The position numbers were made by a program, and so were the translations under genes. Positions 38,040 to 52,934 of a DNA stretch of 64,000 nt are shown here, in pieces (position 1 is the stretch's first letter; each line of letters begins with the position of its first letter). Under the pieces are notes generated by a model. That model ran no database searches and had not been told where the DNA came from. It was given only the letters and a program-made list of their open reading frames with translations. The stretch spans positions 490,558,373-490,622,372 of the forward strand of contig NC_058133.1 in NCBI RefSeq assembly GCF_016433145.1, given 5' to 3'. The stretch comes from Gracilinanus agilis. Its lineage: Eukaryota.

Positions 38040-39175
38040 TAGGTTTTTGTGGGCCCTTCTTCCTCAACTGGTAGAGAACTGGGTTCTCCTTGTGGTCCTT
38101 GTATCAGTCCTCTGACCTGTCTGCTAAGCAGGGGGCTTGTTTCTCTATTTCTGGGAGGCATTATGCCCTCTGAGAGGACGGCTTTCAAGTTCTTAAACTG
38201 ACAAACCTGTAATCCCATGACAAACCTTGAAGAGTTGGAGGGAGGCAATTAAAGTGAAAGCTTTGCCAGCTGACCCAGATCCTCCCAAAGCAGGGCGCAC
38301 TTAGACTTCAGCAATTCTGCTTTGAGGAGCTTTAGTGGAGAGAACATTTTTCTTCCTGAGATTTGATCCGTGTTATGGGTCTCTTAAGGTTTTCCTTGGT
38401 GTGGGTGAGGGGAATGCTTTCTGATTCCTTGAACTATTTGGTGTTGGAGTACATCTTCTTCTTCTTTGGCGTTTTCATTGGACTCTGTGATAGAGTACAA
38501 TGAGAACAATAGGCTTTTGTCAGCAGGCCATTGTGGTTCCCAAAGCACTCTGGGGAGGAGGAAAGCCTGTTAAGGTTTCTACAATATATCTTCTTTTTCA
38601 GGAAGTTAGAAGTCTGAATTAAAAGAACACTTCACTTCAAATTGGAAACATGATTTGTGAGAATTGGTTTGGTTAAAGAAAACATTTTAACTAGCCTTAG
38701 CTTAAATTATGTGGCTGTAGTTGGAGGGAAGAAATGGTATGACTTCCCAGTTGTGCCGTAGGATTCAAATAAAGAAGCATTTCACTCTTGATTCTAGATA
38801 AAATCTTGTGGGGTTGTAAGTCTTTACTGTGGAGTACCAGGAGACTTAGAGGGGATGGTTCTGCCACCAGGAGTGATGGCTGACATTTATGAGGCCTTCT
38901 GAGAGGCCTCAAGCAAAGCTTGGTTTTTCCTACCTCTTGGTTGATCCTCTAGGCAACTATGTGAGGTATGAATTGTCCCTCCCTTTTTCTTTTTTCAGAG
39001 GAAGACACTAAAGTTAGAGACATTAAGGGAATTGGCCATGATCCCACAGTACCTGGGAAGTGTCTTCGACAGGTTCTGGGTTCAGTTCTTTATTAACTTG
39101 GAATCTAGCCCATTGGCTGGTAGGCCATAATCACTATGTCCCCACATCCAGATGTGATTAGGGAATTGCTTAAGG

Positions 39176-39234
39176 CAGTGATGGGCAGACTACAGCCTGG
39201 ATCTGGCCCTCGGAGAATAGTTTGCCCATCACTG
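39176..39234. mobile_element. 59-bp minimal hAT MITE
   Basis: TIRs cagtgatgggcagact / agtttgcccatcactg (15/16 match) around a 27-bp core. Confidence 0.75.
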
Positions 39235-41537
39235 GTCTAGAGAACCCTTTTAAAGGATTATTTTTTTTTAATTCTGAATTTGATGAATGTTCCCTCAAAA
39301 AGAACATTTTCCATATAAAAAGATCAACAGGGGTGGGGAAGGTGGGAAGTTATATGTGAAAATGTCACTTGAGTATTGAAGGCTGCCTTGCTTGACCATT
39401 TATGCTGAACTTCAGGTCTCTGATGTTAAAAAAAAAAAAGCTTCAGAGACCCTCTTTTCTTTCTCTTTTTTTTTGGGTGGGGGTAGTCCTATCAGTTGTT
39501 CCTTTCTTCCCCCCAAATCCCTCAATACAAGAAGAAAAACATAATCCTTGTAATGAGTAGGCCTCATCCTCACATATCTTATTCTGTGCTTTGAGAACAT
39601 TAGGCCTCTGCAGAAGTTGGAGGGGCAGACTTCCTTATCTGGAATCAAGAGCACCTATTGAGGGCACTTTCTCATTCAAAAACCAATTCTAAGATTAAAC
39701 TGGATTTTCATGTCTTTTCATTTATTTGTGGTGGGAAGGGACCTGGACCCCTTATTCTTTTGGAATGGAGGAACTCCTGGCAAGGAGTTTTTCTGCAAAA
39801 TTCACACCAGCACTTTCTTTCCCTGCAGTTTTGTCCCTTAATCTTAGAAAGTTGCCTGAGGCCTCATTAAGCATCCCTCCCTCAGGCAGCTTGTTTCCAG
39901 GAGAGGATAAATGTCAGCCTATCTAAGGCGCAGGGCCTTTCCATCCTACTTCTATTTTCCTGTTATTCTAACCTTTCCTCCTCCCTTACCTTCAAGGTTT
40001 ATTTAAAGAAAATGTTTTATCATAAACTAGGAAGTCATCAACAGGTGTTAATGTTGATAATGGCCAGAAAATGGACATTAAATGTGAAACTAGGAATCCT
40101 TAGGGTTTTTTTTTTCATGCCTTTTAGCCTTATATCTAACTTTAAAAACCAATTGCCACCTACCCTCCACTTAATATCACTTCTTAGACAAGTGGGTATC
40201 AGTCCTCTGACCCCAAAAGGACAAGGGCCCTGAGCTCTGTTTTCTGGAGCTTATGAACCAGGTCTAGTTGGCATTGCCACACTAAGTTGTTTTCTCTTAA
40301 TTTTATGAGGGATCCAGACAACATAGAAAGCTACTCGAATTTTAAAAATGCTTGTATACACTCTGTTATTGCTGGAAGCTGAATGGGATGCAGAGTATTT
40401 AGTTCTCAGCTCAAATAACGTGGAGTTTTTATTGTAAGAGGGGCTGTTCCTCTCCTTGCTCTGCTGACTCCCGATGAGCTGTCTAGGGTGGAAAATGTCT
40501 CCTTGGAGCCTTTGAGACAGTAAACTAGTGTTGCTGGTGGTGCTGAGACAGATTTATGGACTGATGCTTCTGTGTGAGGGATTTCACAGCTTACCTGATA
40601 GAACAAGAAGGCATTTGTCTGCAGCTTAGCCCAGCAGCCAGCCTGCAAGGTGGCCTGCTTTAAGTGGGTAGCTATAGGTAGGGTCACTCTCAGTTCCCCT
40701 CTTTCTCGATTATCTGCAGCCTAGTTTTAGTTCAGGCTGCCATCTCCTCCTTGTTTGATAGTTTCTTATCAATTCATTTTGCTTAGGGAACATGAATTAA
40801 TTTTTATGTTAACATAAGGACCTCATTAAGAAAAGAGGTAAATCCATGATGGGATGGAAAGGGGCACTTCATTTTAAAGTCGAATGCAAATGCTTTGGGG
40901 ACTGTCTAATACTTAGACTCTCTCATATCCATGTAAAAAATATAGATATGTTTTAATCCACAAAATCAGAAGTGTTTTTACCACATGCTGCGCTTATTCA
41001 TGGTAGGGCCAGCGCTGTTCTGCTGACTGAGTATCCAGGGGAGGAGAGTATTAAAGAAGGAACTTTATAGGCCTTAAAGGGCCATATACATACGAAGTGT
41101 TATTTGTGGTTACCAGAGCGTCAGGCTTTTGGAGCTTTTTTGTTTTAATTGAACGCTTTTTGCCTTTTCAGTGTATTATTGTTTTTAGGACTTGGGCCCC
41201 TAAAGCGCTGTTGATAGCTCTGTGGCTAATGACTCAGTGATACTCGGGACTTTGCAGTGTGTCCCTTGACCACTGGGTGGCATCAAAATGATTGAGATAA
41301 GAGTGTGGAGGTCATTTACAACTGGTCTTAATAGCCTTCAGAATGCAGTCAAATTGGAACTAACTTTTTCCCAAATGTGGTTTGAGTGATGCTCCTGCAC
41401 AAATGTCTTTTGCTGGTCAAAATCTGTGGGAAGGGAACAACAAAGATCTACCATCTCGCCTAGGGGCATGAGGCAGGTTTTGGGAAGGTGAGCTTTGATT
41501 TTATTTTCACGTCTGCTTCTGTATGCTACTTCTTCAG

Positions 41538-41670
41538 GTTTGACTCTGAAGGACAAGCCTTAGAAGTTGTTTCCATCTCTGATGCCAGGGGTGGAGGAAC
41601 GGGAGGGAGTAATACCAATTGGAAAACTTTGTATGAAGTTAAATCTGAGAACCTGGGACAAGGTGACAAG
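41538..41670 (+). CDS. RPA1: RPA1 exon 13 ([15 protein letters not shown]...[13 protein letters not shown])
   Basis: ttcag|g...aag|gtaagt; 133 nt; VKSE SUMO-consensus retained. Confidence 0.98.
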
Positions 41671-43464
41671 GTAAGTGGACATCCTCCTTGTTGGGATGTT
41701 TTTGTTTACACTGAACATTTGGGAGTCTTTGAGCCAGTTACCAGCAGACTTCAGCTTGTGAGTGACCCTTCCTGAGGCCTGGGCAGGGCTGCCTTTTTAG
41801 TGCTTATTCTGAAGAATTCTCTTTTCTCCCAGGCTCTGGGGCTTGTGAAGACCTGCCCCAGGCCTGTTGATCACCAGGTCCAACCCCTGCTCATTTCTCT
41901 TCTCCTGGCTCATTGCACTCACTGCATTCTCTCCCCTGCCTTTGTCATTACCATCTTCATCGGGCGTATGTACCATCACCTAGCAACCACCTCCCTGTTC
42001 CCTTTGACTCGATACCCTTCAAGCTAGCTGGGTCACTGAAGGCAGCTACTCTAGAGAGCCCATCTGTACTCCCTCTTCTCCAGGATGTGTTCAGAACTTG
42101 GCCCATGCTGTAAAAGCAAGAGCACTGAGTTGAGATAATTTAGTGACAGGTTCCTTCCCAGAGCTCTCAAGAGATGTTGGTTGGGGATGGGGGAGGTCAG
42201 TGGGGTGTGCACAGCATGTACTAGAAGGCCTTGAACTACTTCTAGGGCTCTAGGAGCTAATTGGAGTCCAGAGCAGACATCCCCAGGAAGGCCGGAGCTT
42301 GCTTCCTTTTGCTTGTCCCAGTTCCAAACTCAATCCCAAAGCTGTCCAAATTTCTTTGAATCTTTAAACATTTGTTTATATTTAAGTATATTTTTAAAAA
42401 TTCAGTTTTCAGATGCCTTTTGTTTTTACATGGCAGCCATTTTATGTACACACACGTTTCCTTTGAACCTACCTTTGTGAGAAAGAAAAAACATACAGTA
42501 TACAGTCCTAAATAGTTCCCCAACTTCAAAGAGATTTCTCTGAATTCAGGATGTGGTGTGGAAAGCCCTGTTGGCTGGCACTGAGCCTCCTTTCTGTGAT
42601 GTTGAGGTTTGAGTTCACATTGACTTGCATGACACTGATTTTCCACCTTTTTACCAGGACTTAGTATGTTAACCTTATTTCCTATTCATTTTACATTCTG
42701 CTAGAATTGTCCTCTGCCACCAAAATGTGAGTTAGAAAGAACCTTCGAAATCCCCAAGGCCAGGCCATAATCTTAGCTGATAGTGGTAGTCGATCCCATT
42801 TATATCAAGTATTGAGGTTTACAAAGTGCTGCCTTTTCACAACAACCCTGTGAAGTAGGTAGTAAGCTCTGGTTTTATATCCCATTTTATAAGTGAGAAC
42901 GCTGAGGCTCCAAGACTTTGGGATGACCTACTCAAGGTCACCCTGTTTAGAAGTGCTGGGCCTGAAATTCAGACCTTGGGCTTTCCTAATGACAAAATCA
43001 GTTCTCTGCTTAGACAATGCAGAATGCCTTTGGGAGCTCTCCTGTGAATTAGAGAGGAAGGACTGTGGGGAATCTCAGAACCCACTTTAGGAAAGAGACT
43101 CCATAGGGGAAGCTGGCTTCTCTGGGGGCTTTTCCATTGGCAAAATGAAGATAAAGGTCACTCTGGACCCGAGCTCAGTGTCGTCCCCACCCCCCAAATT
43201 GGTTGGGAGGCTGGTTGGCCATTGCTTTCCTAGATTTTCTAGTCGGTAGCACTCCAGCTCGTAGATCTGCTAAGTGGTGATTCATCGCTCTCCAAAGAAG
43301 AATGGAATGGACAGAAAGCTTTGTCTTCTGAAAGAGAAAACTGCAGAGTGCAATTCTTGCCCAGTCTTCAAGTAGAAGAAGGGAATGAGCACATCTCTTC
43401 AGCATAACCCAATTGAGAATTTGGCTCAATTCTAGCAGTACAAAGTTATTTTCCTTAGAACCTG

Positions 43465-43630
43465 GGGGCAGTTGGGTACATGGTAGATAGAACTAGGTTC
43501 AAATCTGACCTCAGACACTTCCTAGCTATGTGACCTTGGGCAAGTCACTTAACTCCTATTGCCTAGCCCTTACTACTCTTCTGTCTTAGAAATGAGACTT
43601 AGAAGGGAAATGTTTAAAAAAAAAAAAACA
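43465..43630 (+). mobile_element. SINE1_Mdo-type SINE
   Basis: Head, CORE, cccttactactcttctgtcttag tail, poly-A. Confidence 0.85.
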
Positions 43631-43872
43631 CAACAAAAACCAAACCTGGTTTCACTTTATAGGCGGTGGGGTTTTTGTTGTCATTTCTGCACTTCAATGC
43701 TTAAACTGTTAATGCTCTAAAAGAAATCTTTCCCTGTAAGCCCTGGGATCTTTAAGACCTTGAATATTTAGACACACTATATAATAGTCTGTCATTGAAA
43801 CACTAGTTGCCTGTGATTCTAGTGCAGAATATAGTTTTGGTGAACCAGTGTCTCGTTCTTCTCTCTCTCTGA

Positions 43873-44061
<189 letters not shown>

Positions 44062-46111
44062 TGAGGGTCACTCACATCTGGCCAGTCCTTAGGCATCCAG
44101 GGTGCATTTTGTTTAGAGCCCTGAGTGATGGATTACTTCCTGAGTAACCCAGCTTTAGGTCCTGAGGTTCAGGTCATTCAGAAATTGGCTGTGATTCTTG
44201 TTGAAGAAGGCAAGACATTCACTAACACTGTCTCTGTGTTCCTGGAGCTTGTAGTCTTGCTTCCCAGTCCTATAGCCAAGAAGTGGCTTCCTGGACCCAC
44301 TGGGCACGTGGTATCTCTTGCTTCTCACTCAGTACGTATGCCCATTCCCCATACTGGCCACAGTGCTACAAGGCCTATAAATGAATGAGCAGGACATGGT
44401 TTTTGAGGGTCCTGTAAACAAGATGGGAGGGAGACAGGCTTTCAGGGAACTTACTAGCATATTTTCTTCCTCCTTTCTTCTTGCCAGAAATTTGAATTTG
44501 GTGACCCTACCTGACTGTGGTTCACAAGTATGGCCTGCAGTACAATTAGAGTATCGGTAGCACTTGCCCGCTAACAGTTATGAAGATAAATTAATTTGAA
44601 ATGGCATTTCTGGAGAGCAGTAATTGCACTTGTACAGCTGATCCCTATATTTAGTTCATTTCTTGTAGGTAATGTTCTGTTTCCCAGGCCTTAATGGAGC
44701 CTGCCTCAGAGGAAGACATCTCTGAGTGATGTTGAGATGGTGGCGTCTTCTTTCCCCATATGAGTTGAACTGCTTTCCATTTTAAAAAACCTCTCACACA
44801 TTAAGGGTCTACAGCTACCCTAAGTCGTCATGCAGAATCTTAGCCCAACAGAAAAGGTCTGTCTACAATCAAGTTTATTATTTTGGGTTTGCCGCCCAGT
44901 GCTTTTTGCCGAGCTGAGATAACAGAAATTGTTTGGTAGATGGTTTATTCACAATAGCCTTTCTTTTAAACTTCTAAATGGCAAAATTCCCATGCACAGT
45001 CTCGTGTGTCCTGGATCTATTCATCCAACATGACTGCCACTTTGGTGGCACCAAATGGGAGGCCTTTTTCCCCCTCCCAGGACTGGAAGTAGTTGCAGAT
45101 GGGAACCAGATGGATGTGTTGTCCATTGCCATCCTCTGTATGGCTGCTTTTTATTTTACAAAGAGGTTTTCACCATATTTTATCCATTGAGTCAAGTCAG
45201 TAACAGAAAAACCCTTCTTAAAAACCCTGCAGATGCCCAAAGTCATCAGAAGGATTTCTTAAGTCCCTTGCCCTGTAAATCATAGAATGTCAGCATATTA
45301 AGCATTGTAAAGGTGAGAAAGGAAGAGTCGCTTATCCATGGTCACATGGTGTTCGTTACTGGAGGCAGAGCTAGATCTGGTACCCCTGTTCCTTGCCGAG
45401 CTGTCTAGGGCTTTTCTCCCATTTTCTACTTGGCTCTCCTCTTTCTTCAAATTCTCTCACTTTTGAAACTGGGATATTTGCAGCTTGTTCCTCTATCCCC
45501 ACCCTTCCACCCACCCTCACTTACTTGTGGTAATGCCTTTCGCTGATTCAAGCTTCCTGTGCTCTGTCCAAGTTGAGAACACTTTGTTCTCATCTAATTT
45601 GCTCACTTAAGTTTGAATGTAAATTTGCTGGCTGCCTTACAATGAGAAGATTTTAGTACAGACTAAACCCCTCAACTCACATCTATGCATTGTCTATTTT
45701 TCTGGGCCCCCACTGATGGAGGACTGTTAGTAACTGAAATCCTTGGATGAAGCCCCCAGGGTGACCTATGGAGCATGCAATCCCAGTGAAATAAAAAACC
45801 AAAGGCATAAACCTCATGTCGTAAAGGAGGAGAGGCTTATGAAAATGTCTAGACTCAAGGGCAGTGGCAGATGGATGTAGGGAAACTTGAATTCTCTTTG
45901 TCAAGGGTTGTGAGAGTGTGTTTCTCCACATTTTTCTTCATTGCGTTGGGTTTTCCTTTCATCCAGATTTTATTTTTAAAACTGACTTCTTATGGGATAA
46001 CATTAGTGCATAGGAGTTTCTTCAAACAATAATTGTAATCTTAATAGAGTTTAAAATCACCAAACCAGCTTTGTGTCTCTGTTTATTTTCTTTGTGGGGA
46101 AATAATTTTGA

Positions 46112-46372
<261 letters not shown>

Positions 46373-46639
46373 TGATGCCCAGCTTCTTGTCCTATACTTT
46401 AAGTCAGATATGGGTGCCCCAGAAGAGATCAGATTATATAGCATCTGTGAGATGTGCTCTAACAAGTAAAAAGTACTCTTTGAATGTAAGAGATTGATTC
46501 CTGTTGCATAAATGCCTAAGTTCTGTGCTTTTGATGCCAGGATATCTCAAATCAACATCAGTTCTAAGATCATCTGAAGTATGGATATACCTTGCTTTAT
46601 ACAACTGACACCTCTGAAAAGCTGTATGGAAAACCAATC

Positions 46640-48098
46640 AGTTTCTAAAAATAGATTTCATTGATGTCTTGTTTTAACATTGCTTACATTTTCTCCTGAA
46701 TTCTCCCCTCTCCCAGAGAGCCAATTCTTATTATAAGAATTTTTATTGTAAAAGGGGAATTTGTAAAAATAAATTAGAACTAAGTAACAGATCAAAAACT
46801 TCTACTGTTATATGCAGTGCTGTACACCCCCCGGACGTTCCCCTCTGCAGAGGAGTAGGGGGATGTCTTCCTGTCTCCACTTTGGGGCCAAGCTTACTCT
46901 TTATGCTTTAGAGCATTTAGTTCTGATTGGGTAGCAGAAGGGGAACGTCCCTTACATGCTTGCAGACACTGTGTAATTGTCTTTATGGTTCTGCTTCCTC
47001 TACTTTGCATTAGTCTGTAAACCATGTTCTCTCAATTTGTCACGTTTGTTGTTTGACACTCATAATGCTTTCTGTAATGGTTGTGCCGGTTCACAACTAC
47101 ACCAACAATGTACCTGTGGCCTGGGGTCTTCTTTTCTTTTGTTGTCTTTGCCACCTTAGCTCTGAAGGGAAGCTTAAGGGTTGATTTGTATCTCTTATTA
47201 GTGGTTTACAACATGGTTTCATGTTATTAACAATTTGCAGTTCTGTTGAGAACTATTTGTTTTTGTTTGGCCATTGATATGTCTGGTCAGAGACATTTGT
47301 TACAAAGATTTTTGAACAGTGATTATCTCCTAGGACTGAGCCCAAGGTGCCCTTCCCTTCCTTCTTTGCCTTCTTTTCCCTCCCCTCCTTCTGTGCCCTG
47401 CACTGTTTACTTGCTTCTATGGATTCAGCTATCATCTCTATGTAGACAATTCCATAGTCGACTTTTCCAGCCCATGCCTTTCTCATGATCTCCAAATTTG
47501 CATCTTCATCTGCCCGTTGGACATCTTGAACTAGATGTAGACAACTGAAACTCAGAATGCCCCCAAATCAGCTCATCATCTTCGTCCCCAAATCCTCCCA
47601 CCCCTTCTGAATTTCCCTGTTACTGTTGAGGGTATCACTATCCTCCCAGCCACCCGAGCATCTCACCTCCTGGGTGTCATCTTTGACTTCTTATTCTTTT
47701 TCTCTGCCCCCGAATTTTTTGCTAAGTCCTTTTGATTTCAACTTTGTAATATATGGGAAACAACTAGGTGGCTCAGTGAGCCAGGCTTAGAGATAGGGAG
47801 GCCCTGGGTTCAGTTCTGGTCTCAGACAGAACTTTGTGACCCTTAACCCCTATTGCCCAACCCTCACTGCTTCTCTGCCTTGGAACCGGTGCACAGTATT
47901 GATTCTAAGACAGAAGATAAGAGTTTAAAAAAAATACCTCTTGTATGAGCCCCCTACTCTCCTCTGATATTGCCACCACCCCAGGACAAGTTCTCATACC
48001 TGGACTTTCTGCAATAACTTTCTAGTTATTTTCTTTGTATCTCTCTGTCTCCTCTTCTTCCCCTTCCCTTCTCTCTCTCCCCCTCCTCTCTCTCTTAC

Positions 48099-48148
<50 letters not shown>

Positions 48149-49310
48149 TCCTATCATATTCAAGAAAAAATATAAAATTGTTTATTTGGTATTGAAACCC
48201 CTTCATAATCTGGCCCCTTCCTACCTTTCCAGTCTCCTAGTGACAGTGGCTACTTTGTTTGTCCTTACACAAAACATTTCCGTCTCCTGACTGCATTTTC
48301 GTTGGCTGTCCCCCAGTTATTCCTGGAATTCTCTTGCTCTTCATCTCTACCTTCTGGCTTCCTTGATTTCTTTCACAACTCAGCTAAGATTCAGCCTTCC
48401 AGAAGAAGCCTTTCACCATCCCCCTTAATGTTAGGACTCTCCCTCTGTTCATTATCTCCATTTTATCCTGTATCTATTCTTGTACACAATTGTCTACATA
48501 TTGTGTTCCCTTTAGACTGGGAGCTCCTTGAGGGCAGGGAGTGTCTTTTGCCCCTCTGTATCCCAACACTTAGTACAGTGCCTGGCACATAGTGGGCACT
48601 TCATAAATGCTTGTTGATTTGATGTTTCTTATCCTAGATGTGCTACTTTGTGCAAAAGTTTTTCAGTTTCATGTAATCAAAATCATCTACTTTATCTTTT
48701 TTCATTGCCCTGTCCTTTGCTTCATTAAAAATTCATTAACTAATAGTTGCAAAAGATAAATAAATGATCTGCTTCTCTTCGAATTTTTTTATGGTGTGAT
48801 CTTGAATATTCAGGTCACATCCATTTGAATTTTATTGTGGAACACAGTGTAAGATGTTGGTCTAAGCCTGCTTTCTGCCAAATTGCTCTCTAATTTTCCC
48901 AGTGGGTCCTGTCAAATTCTCTCCTAGGCTGTTTATATTTTCAAATTTATCAGTGAGGTATTGAGTTCAATTATTGCTGATTCTTCATTGTCTATTGCAT
49001 CAATCCATTTAAAAAAAAAACTTGCTAAAAGGGTTTGGTGATTGCTACTTTACATTATAATTTGAGGACTAGAAGTGCTATTCTTCCATTTTTGTTCTTT
49101 TTTTTTTTTTTAATTACTTCTCTTGATAGCCTAGATCCTCTGTTCCTCTGAATGAATTTTGCTATTTTCTTACCTAGCTCTGTAAAGTGTTCCTCTAGTA
49201 CAGCATTAAATCTGAAAATTAACATTGATGGTATTTTAATTTTTATTATATTGACCCAGCCCAGTCATGAGCATTGAATATTTCTCCAGTTGTTTAAGAT
49301 GTTCTCAGAT
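46640..49310 (-). mobile_element. Old L1 3' pieces (46640-47330, 48630-49310) flanking an L2 (+) block with SINE 47757-47935
   Basis: Antisense L1 ORF2/3'UTR motifs; L2 3' end cagtgcctggcacatagtgggcacttcataaatgcttg near 48575-48620. Confidence 0.7.
48100..48147. repeat. (CA)n microsatellite
   Basis: Pure (ac)n run. Confidence 0.97.
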
Positions 49311-51959
49311 CATATTTTCACCACATAAAAGGCAATTGCTGTTTTAAGAAAATTAAAATTTAAACAGATGTTTGTTAAATTTGTACTATTTGCCCAGGAC
49401 TGTGCTTTGGGATAGAGCCATGGCTTTACCCACTTAGGGTCCTTACAATTTAGTAGGGAAAAATGAGACACCTAAACAAGAGAGGTACAAACCAAGTTGA
49501 GGTCAAAAGGGGAAAGGGATTGTTACTGATCAGGGGAACAGAGACTGGCAAAGGCTTCTGATGGAACAAATGACAATTGAGTGGGCTGTCAGTGGGCAGA
49601 AAGGTGAGGCAGCAAGCCTTTGGTTAAGATCTTATAAAAATGAGTATTTCTTTTATAAATAATCAGCCTCAAATTTTAATATATTTTTGATTGAAAAATC
49701 TGGATTTCAAAGTATATTTGATGCTTAAAGTGGGATATACCAGAAATTAGGCCGTAGTCAGATTAGAATTTCCATTTGTCAAGTTCTATTTGATTTTAAT
49801 GTGATACACTTTTCATATAGGTTTGTTAATGATTATTTCCTATCATGTGAACTGGAGAGACAGTATGAGAACAAAACCAAGGAGAGTTTGGTATTCTTTG
49901 AACCATACAAAGAAGAGCATTGATAAATGGACTTTTTTCCTTCACCCAAAACAGTCTTAAAGTAGGTCATAATCTTTTCTAGTGATCTTAGTTTATCTTC
50001 CATTTCTTTTTGCACATTCTCTCTCGTCCTCCTTTTCAGTTTCTATCCATTTTGTCCCTTCCCCCACCCATCTTAAAATTGTCTGCTAGCTTTCTGAAAA
50101 TATTCTGTCAAAACTGTTTACCAGTAACAACTAAAATGTGCTTTAAAGAGTGGTGTTATCCTCATTGTCTGTTTTGCTTGGCCCTCTGTTTTCATAACAG
50201 ATTGTAAGACTCAATGCAGGCCTTTCAGGATTTTTTATTAGCTTATTAAATTTAACTGCCTTCACTGCTGCTGAATGAGGACATATAGAAACCCCTCCCC
50301 ATAGGAGCCATCATATGCTTGCAGTGTGAGCCCGATACTTACCTTAATCTTGGAAGGAGATAGGAAATGATTTAATTTTTGCACATTTGACTATGCTCGG
50401 TTTACATATTCATAGCTTATTCCTGCAAAATAACTTTTAAAGAACAGACCAACAGGAACAAACCTTTTTTATATTTCTGTTCCCCTGAGATTAATATACA
50501 AATAGCTCTTGTCAGAGAGATCCAGCCACCTTTGGAATGGTGGACTAGTCTGGTATTTTAAGTGATCCTACTTAGATTTCAAATTTAACCTTCCTGTAGC
50601 TAAGTGCAGGGATTTCATACTTCTTCTAGAGCTCATTGCTTCAGTCTGGCTGGTCACAACCTCCAGACAACAACATATTTCACAAATAATGGCTAGAGAC
50701 TTTACAACTGGGCAAAGAAGGGGAGAGACAGGGAGAGAGTGCGAGTGAGTATGCCTGACATGGGTTCCCTACAGGATTGGTCTATAGACTCTATACCATC
50801 TTCTGCCTTGGTTTGATTTGTTGCAGTTCTTTCAACTCCCCTATTCCTTATACTCCATTCTCTTGTTTGGTGCCACTCTGGTGCTTCCCTCGCCTTCAGC
50901 TCCCCAGTAGTGTTTTAGAAGTTTCAAATGCTTTGTGAAAAGTTCCCTCTCATTGTGAGCAGGAAGCCAAGAGAGAAATGTGAATAAATTATCAGAAGAT
51001 TCTGGTCTGATCATTAAATGAAAGAGGTAAAAGCTACCATGTAGGCAGAAGGAAAGTGGTAGAGACATCCAGGAGTTCCTAGGAGAAAAGGTCTGAGAAA
51101 GAAGCCAGCAGTAGAGAACCTGTGACCACAGAGAATGGTATAAAAAGTATAGGTAATAAATGCAGGGTGATTTAACGATCCTAAGGTGATGAGGCTAATT
51201 TGACTTCGTATAACATTGAGATTTGAGACAAAACTGGAGGCCAGAGTTTGGCTTTGAAAAGAATGTACCTTATTCAGATGAAATGGGATGGAGGAAAGAG
51301 TAGGGTGTGGGAGGATGGAGCAGGGGAGCATATTATATTAAGAAGGTAAACTTGTGGGAGGAAATCCAGGAAACAGGAGGGGAGAAAGCGTTGTGGAGAA
51401 AGCATTTAGGCAAAGCTCCTTAGAGGCAGAAATAGAAGGTGTATTGTCATCAGAGGAGATTCCTGGCTACTTGGACAGAAAAAAGAAATGGATGAGGAGT
51501 TTGAGAAATAAGAGCAGCAAGGCAGCACAGTGGATAGAGCCCCAGGCCTGCAGTTCTAGTCTCATCCCAGATACTTCCTAGCTGTGTAATCTTGGGCATC
51601 TCACTTGATCCAGATTGCCTAGCCCTTGTTGCTCTTCTGTCTAATAATTGATACTGACAGAAGGTTACATTTTGGGGGGTGGGAGGTGGGGTAGAGACTA
51701 ATAGACTGACAAACTGATCAATCGACCAACCACAAGCCTGGTGTGGAAGTAGTGATGGAGAATTTCAATTATCTGGACATTTCTTGCCATGGTTTCTCCT
51801 GCTCAAAGAATATTAACTAATTAATTTCTTGACTTTCCTTAACTATTCAGTCAAAAAGCTTAAGTGCTTAATGTATGCTAGGCCCTGTTAGATACTTGGA
51901 ATATAGATACAAACATGAAACAATCCATATTCTTGAGAAACTTAAAAAAAGTGTTTCTT

Positions 51960-52735
51960 GATATTTTCATTTTCTTACATCACCATAGCATCCCATGTGT
52001 TCTTCCCCAACCTTGAGAGCCATCCCATGTGACAGGTTGTATATTTTTAGAGGAAAAGAAAGCATGACTGATTGATACATAGAAAAAGTCTGAAAACTTG
52101 TATATCATCCTACACAAAGGTATAAGTTGGGAGTAGCTTCTCATTATGTCTTCAATTAAATCCCACTTGATCTTTATACTTTTGTTGCATTTGTTGCTTT
52201 TGATTTTCAGGTACATGGTTGTTCTTTTCATTTCCATGGTTATCACCACAAACTATTTTCTTGGCTCCACATACTTCACTTTGCATCAGTTCATATAGAT
52301 CTTTCTGGGCTTCTCTGTATTCATCACACACATCATTTCTTACAGTCCTGTCCTATTAAATTTGTGTACTACAGTTTGTTGAGTCATTCTCCAGTTGATG
52401 GGCATCTATTTTGTTTCTAATTCTTTGCTGTCACTAAAAAATGCTTCTATTTTAGAGTATATGGAGATTTTTTTTCTTCCCAGTAGCTTCCTTGGGGTAT
52501 AAGTCCAAATTAAAGGCTATTTGATTTACATTATTACAAATTGCTTTTCAAAATTATTGCCCTATCTCACAGCTCCACCAATAATGTATTAGTGTGCTTG
52601 TCTTTCCACAACTCCTCCAACATTGACTGTTGGCATTTTTTGTCATTTTTGTCAGTTTGCAGGTAAAACCACAGAGTGATTTTGCTTAACATTATCCTTA
52701 ATATTAATGATTTGTAGCATTTTTTTTCTCATGAT
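51960..52735 (-). mobile_element. L1 ORF2 C-terminus/3'UTR fragment
   Basis: caacattgactgttggcattttttgtcatttttg and ttgatgggcatct motifs, antisense. Confidence 0.8.
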
Positions 52736-52934
52736 GAAGCTGATATTCTTACCATTAAGGGTGGCAGCTTTTCTGAGTTAGAGTCTCAGCAAGGAGAAAT
52801 GGGTTGCTGAGGTGGAGATGACAGGAACCTTAGGGGAATTAACTGTTCCCATTTTATTTGTGATGGAGGAGAGGTAAGATGGGCATGATCTGACATGCCC
52901 CCTAGATTTTATGAGTAGATTTTAAAGTGCTTTA

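Noticed and set aside
41150-41320. Two strong acceptor-like sites (ttttcag 41171, tttttag 41188)
   Set aside because: No good donor downstream to define an exon
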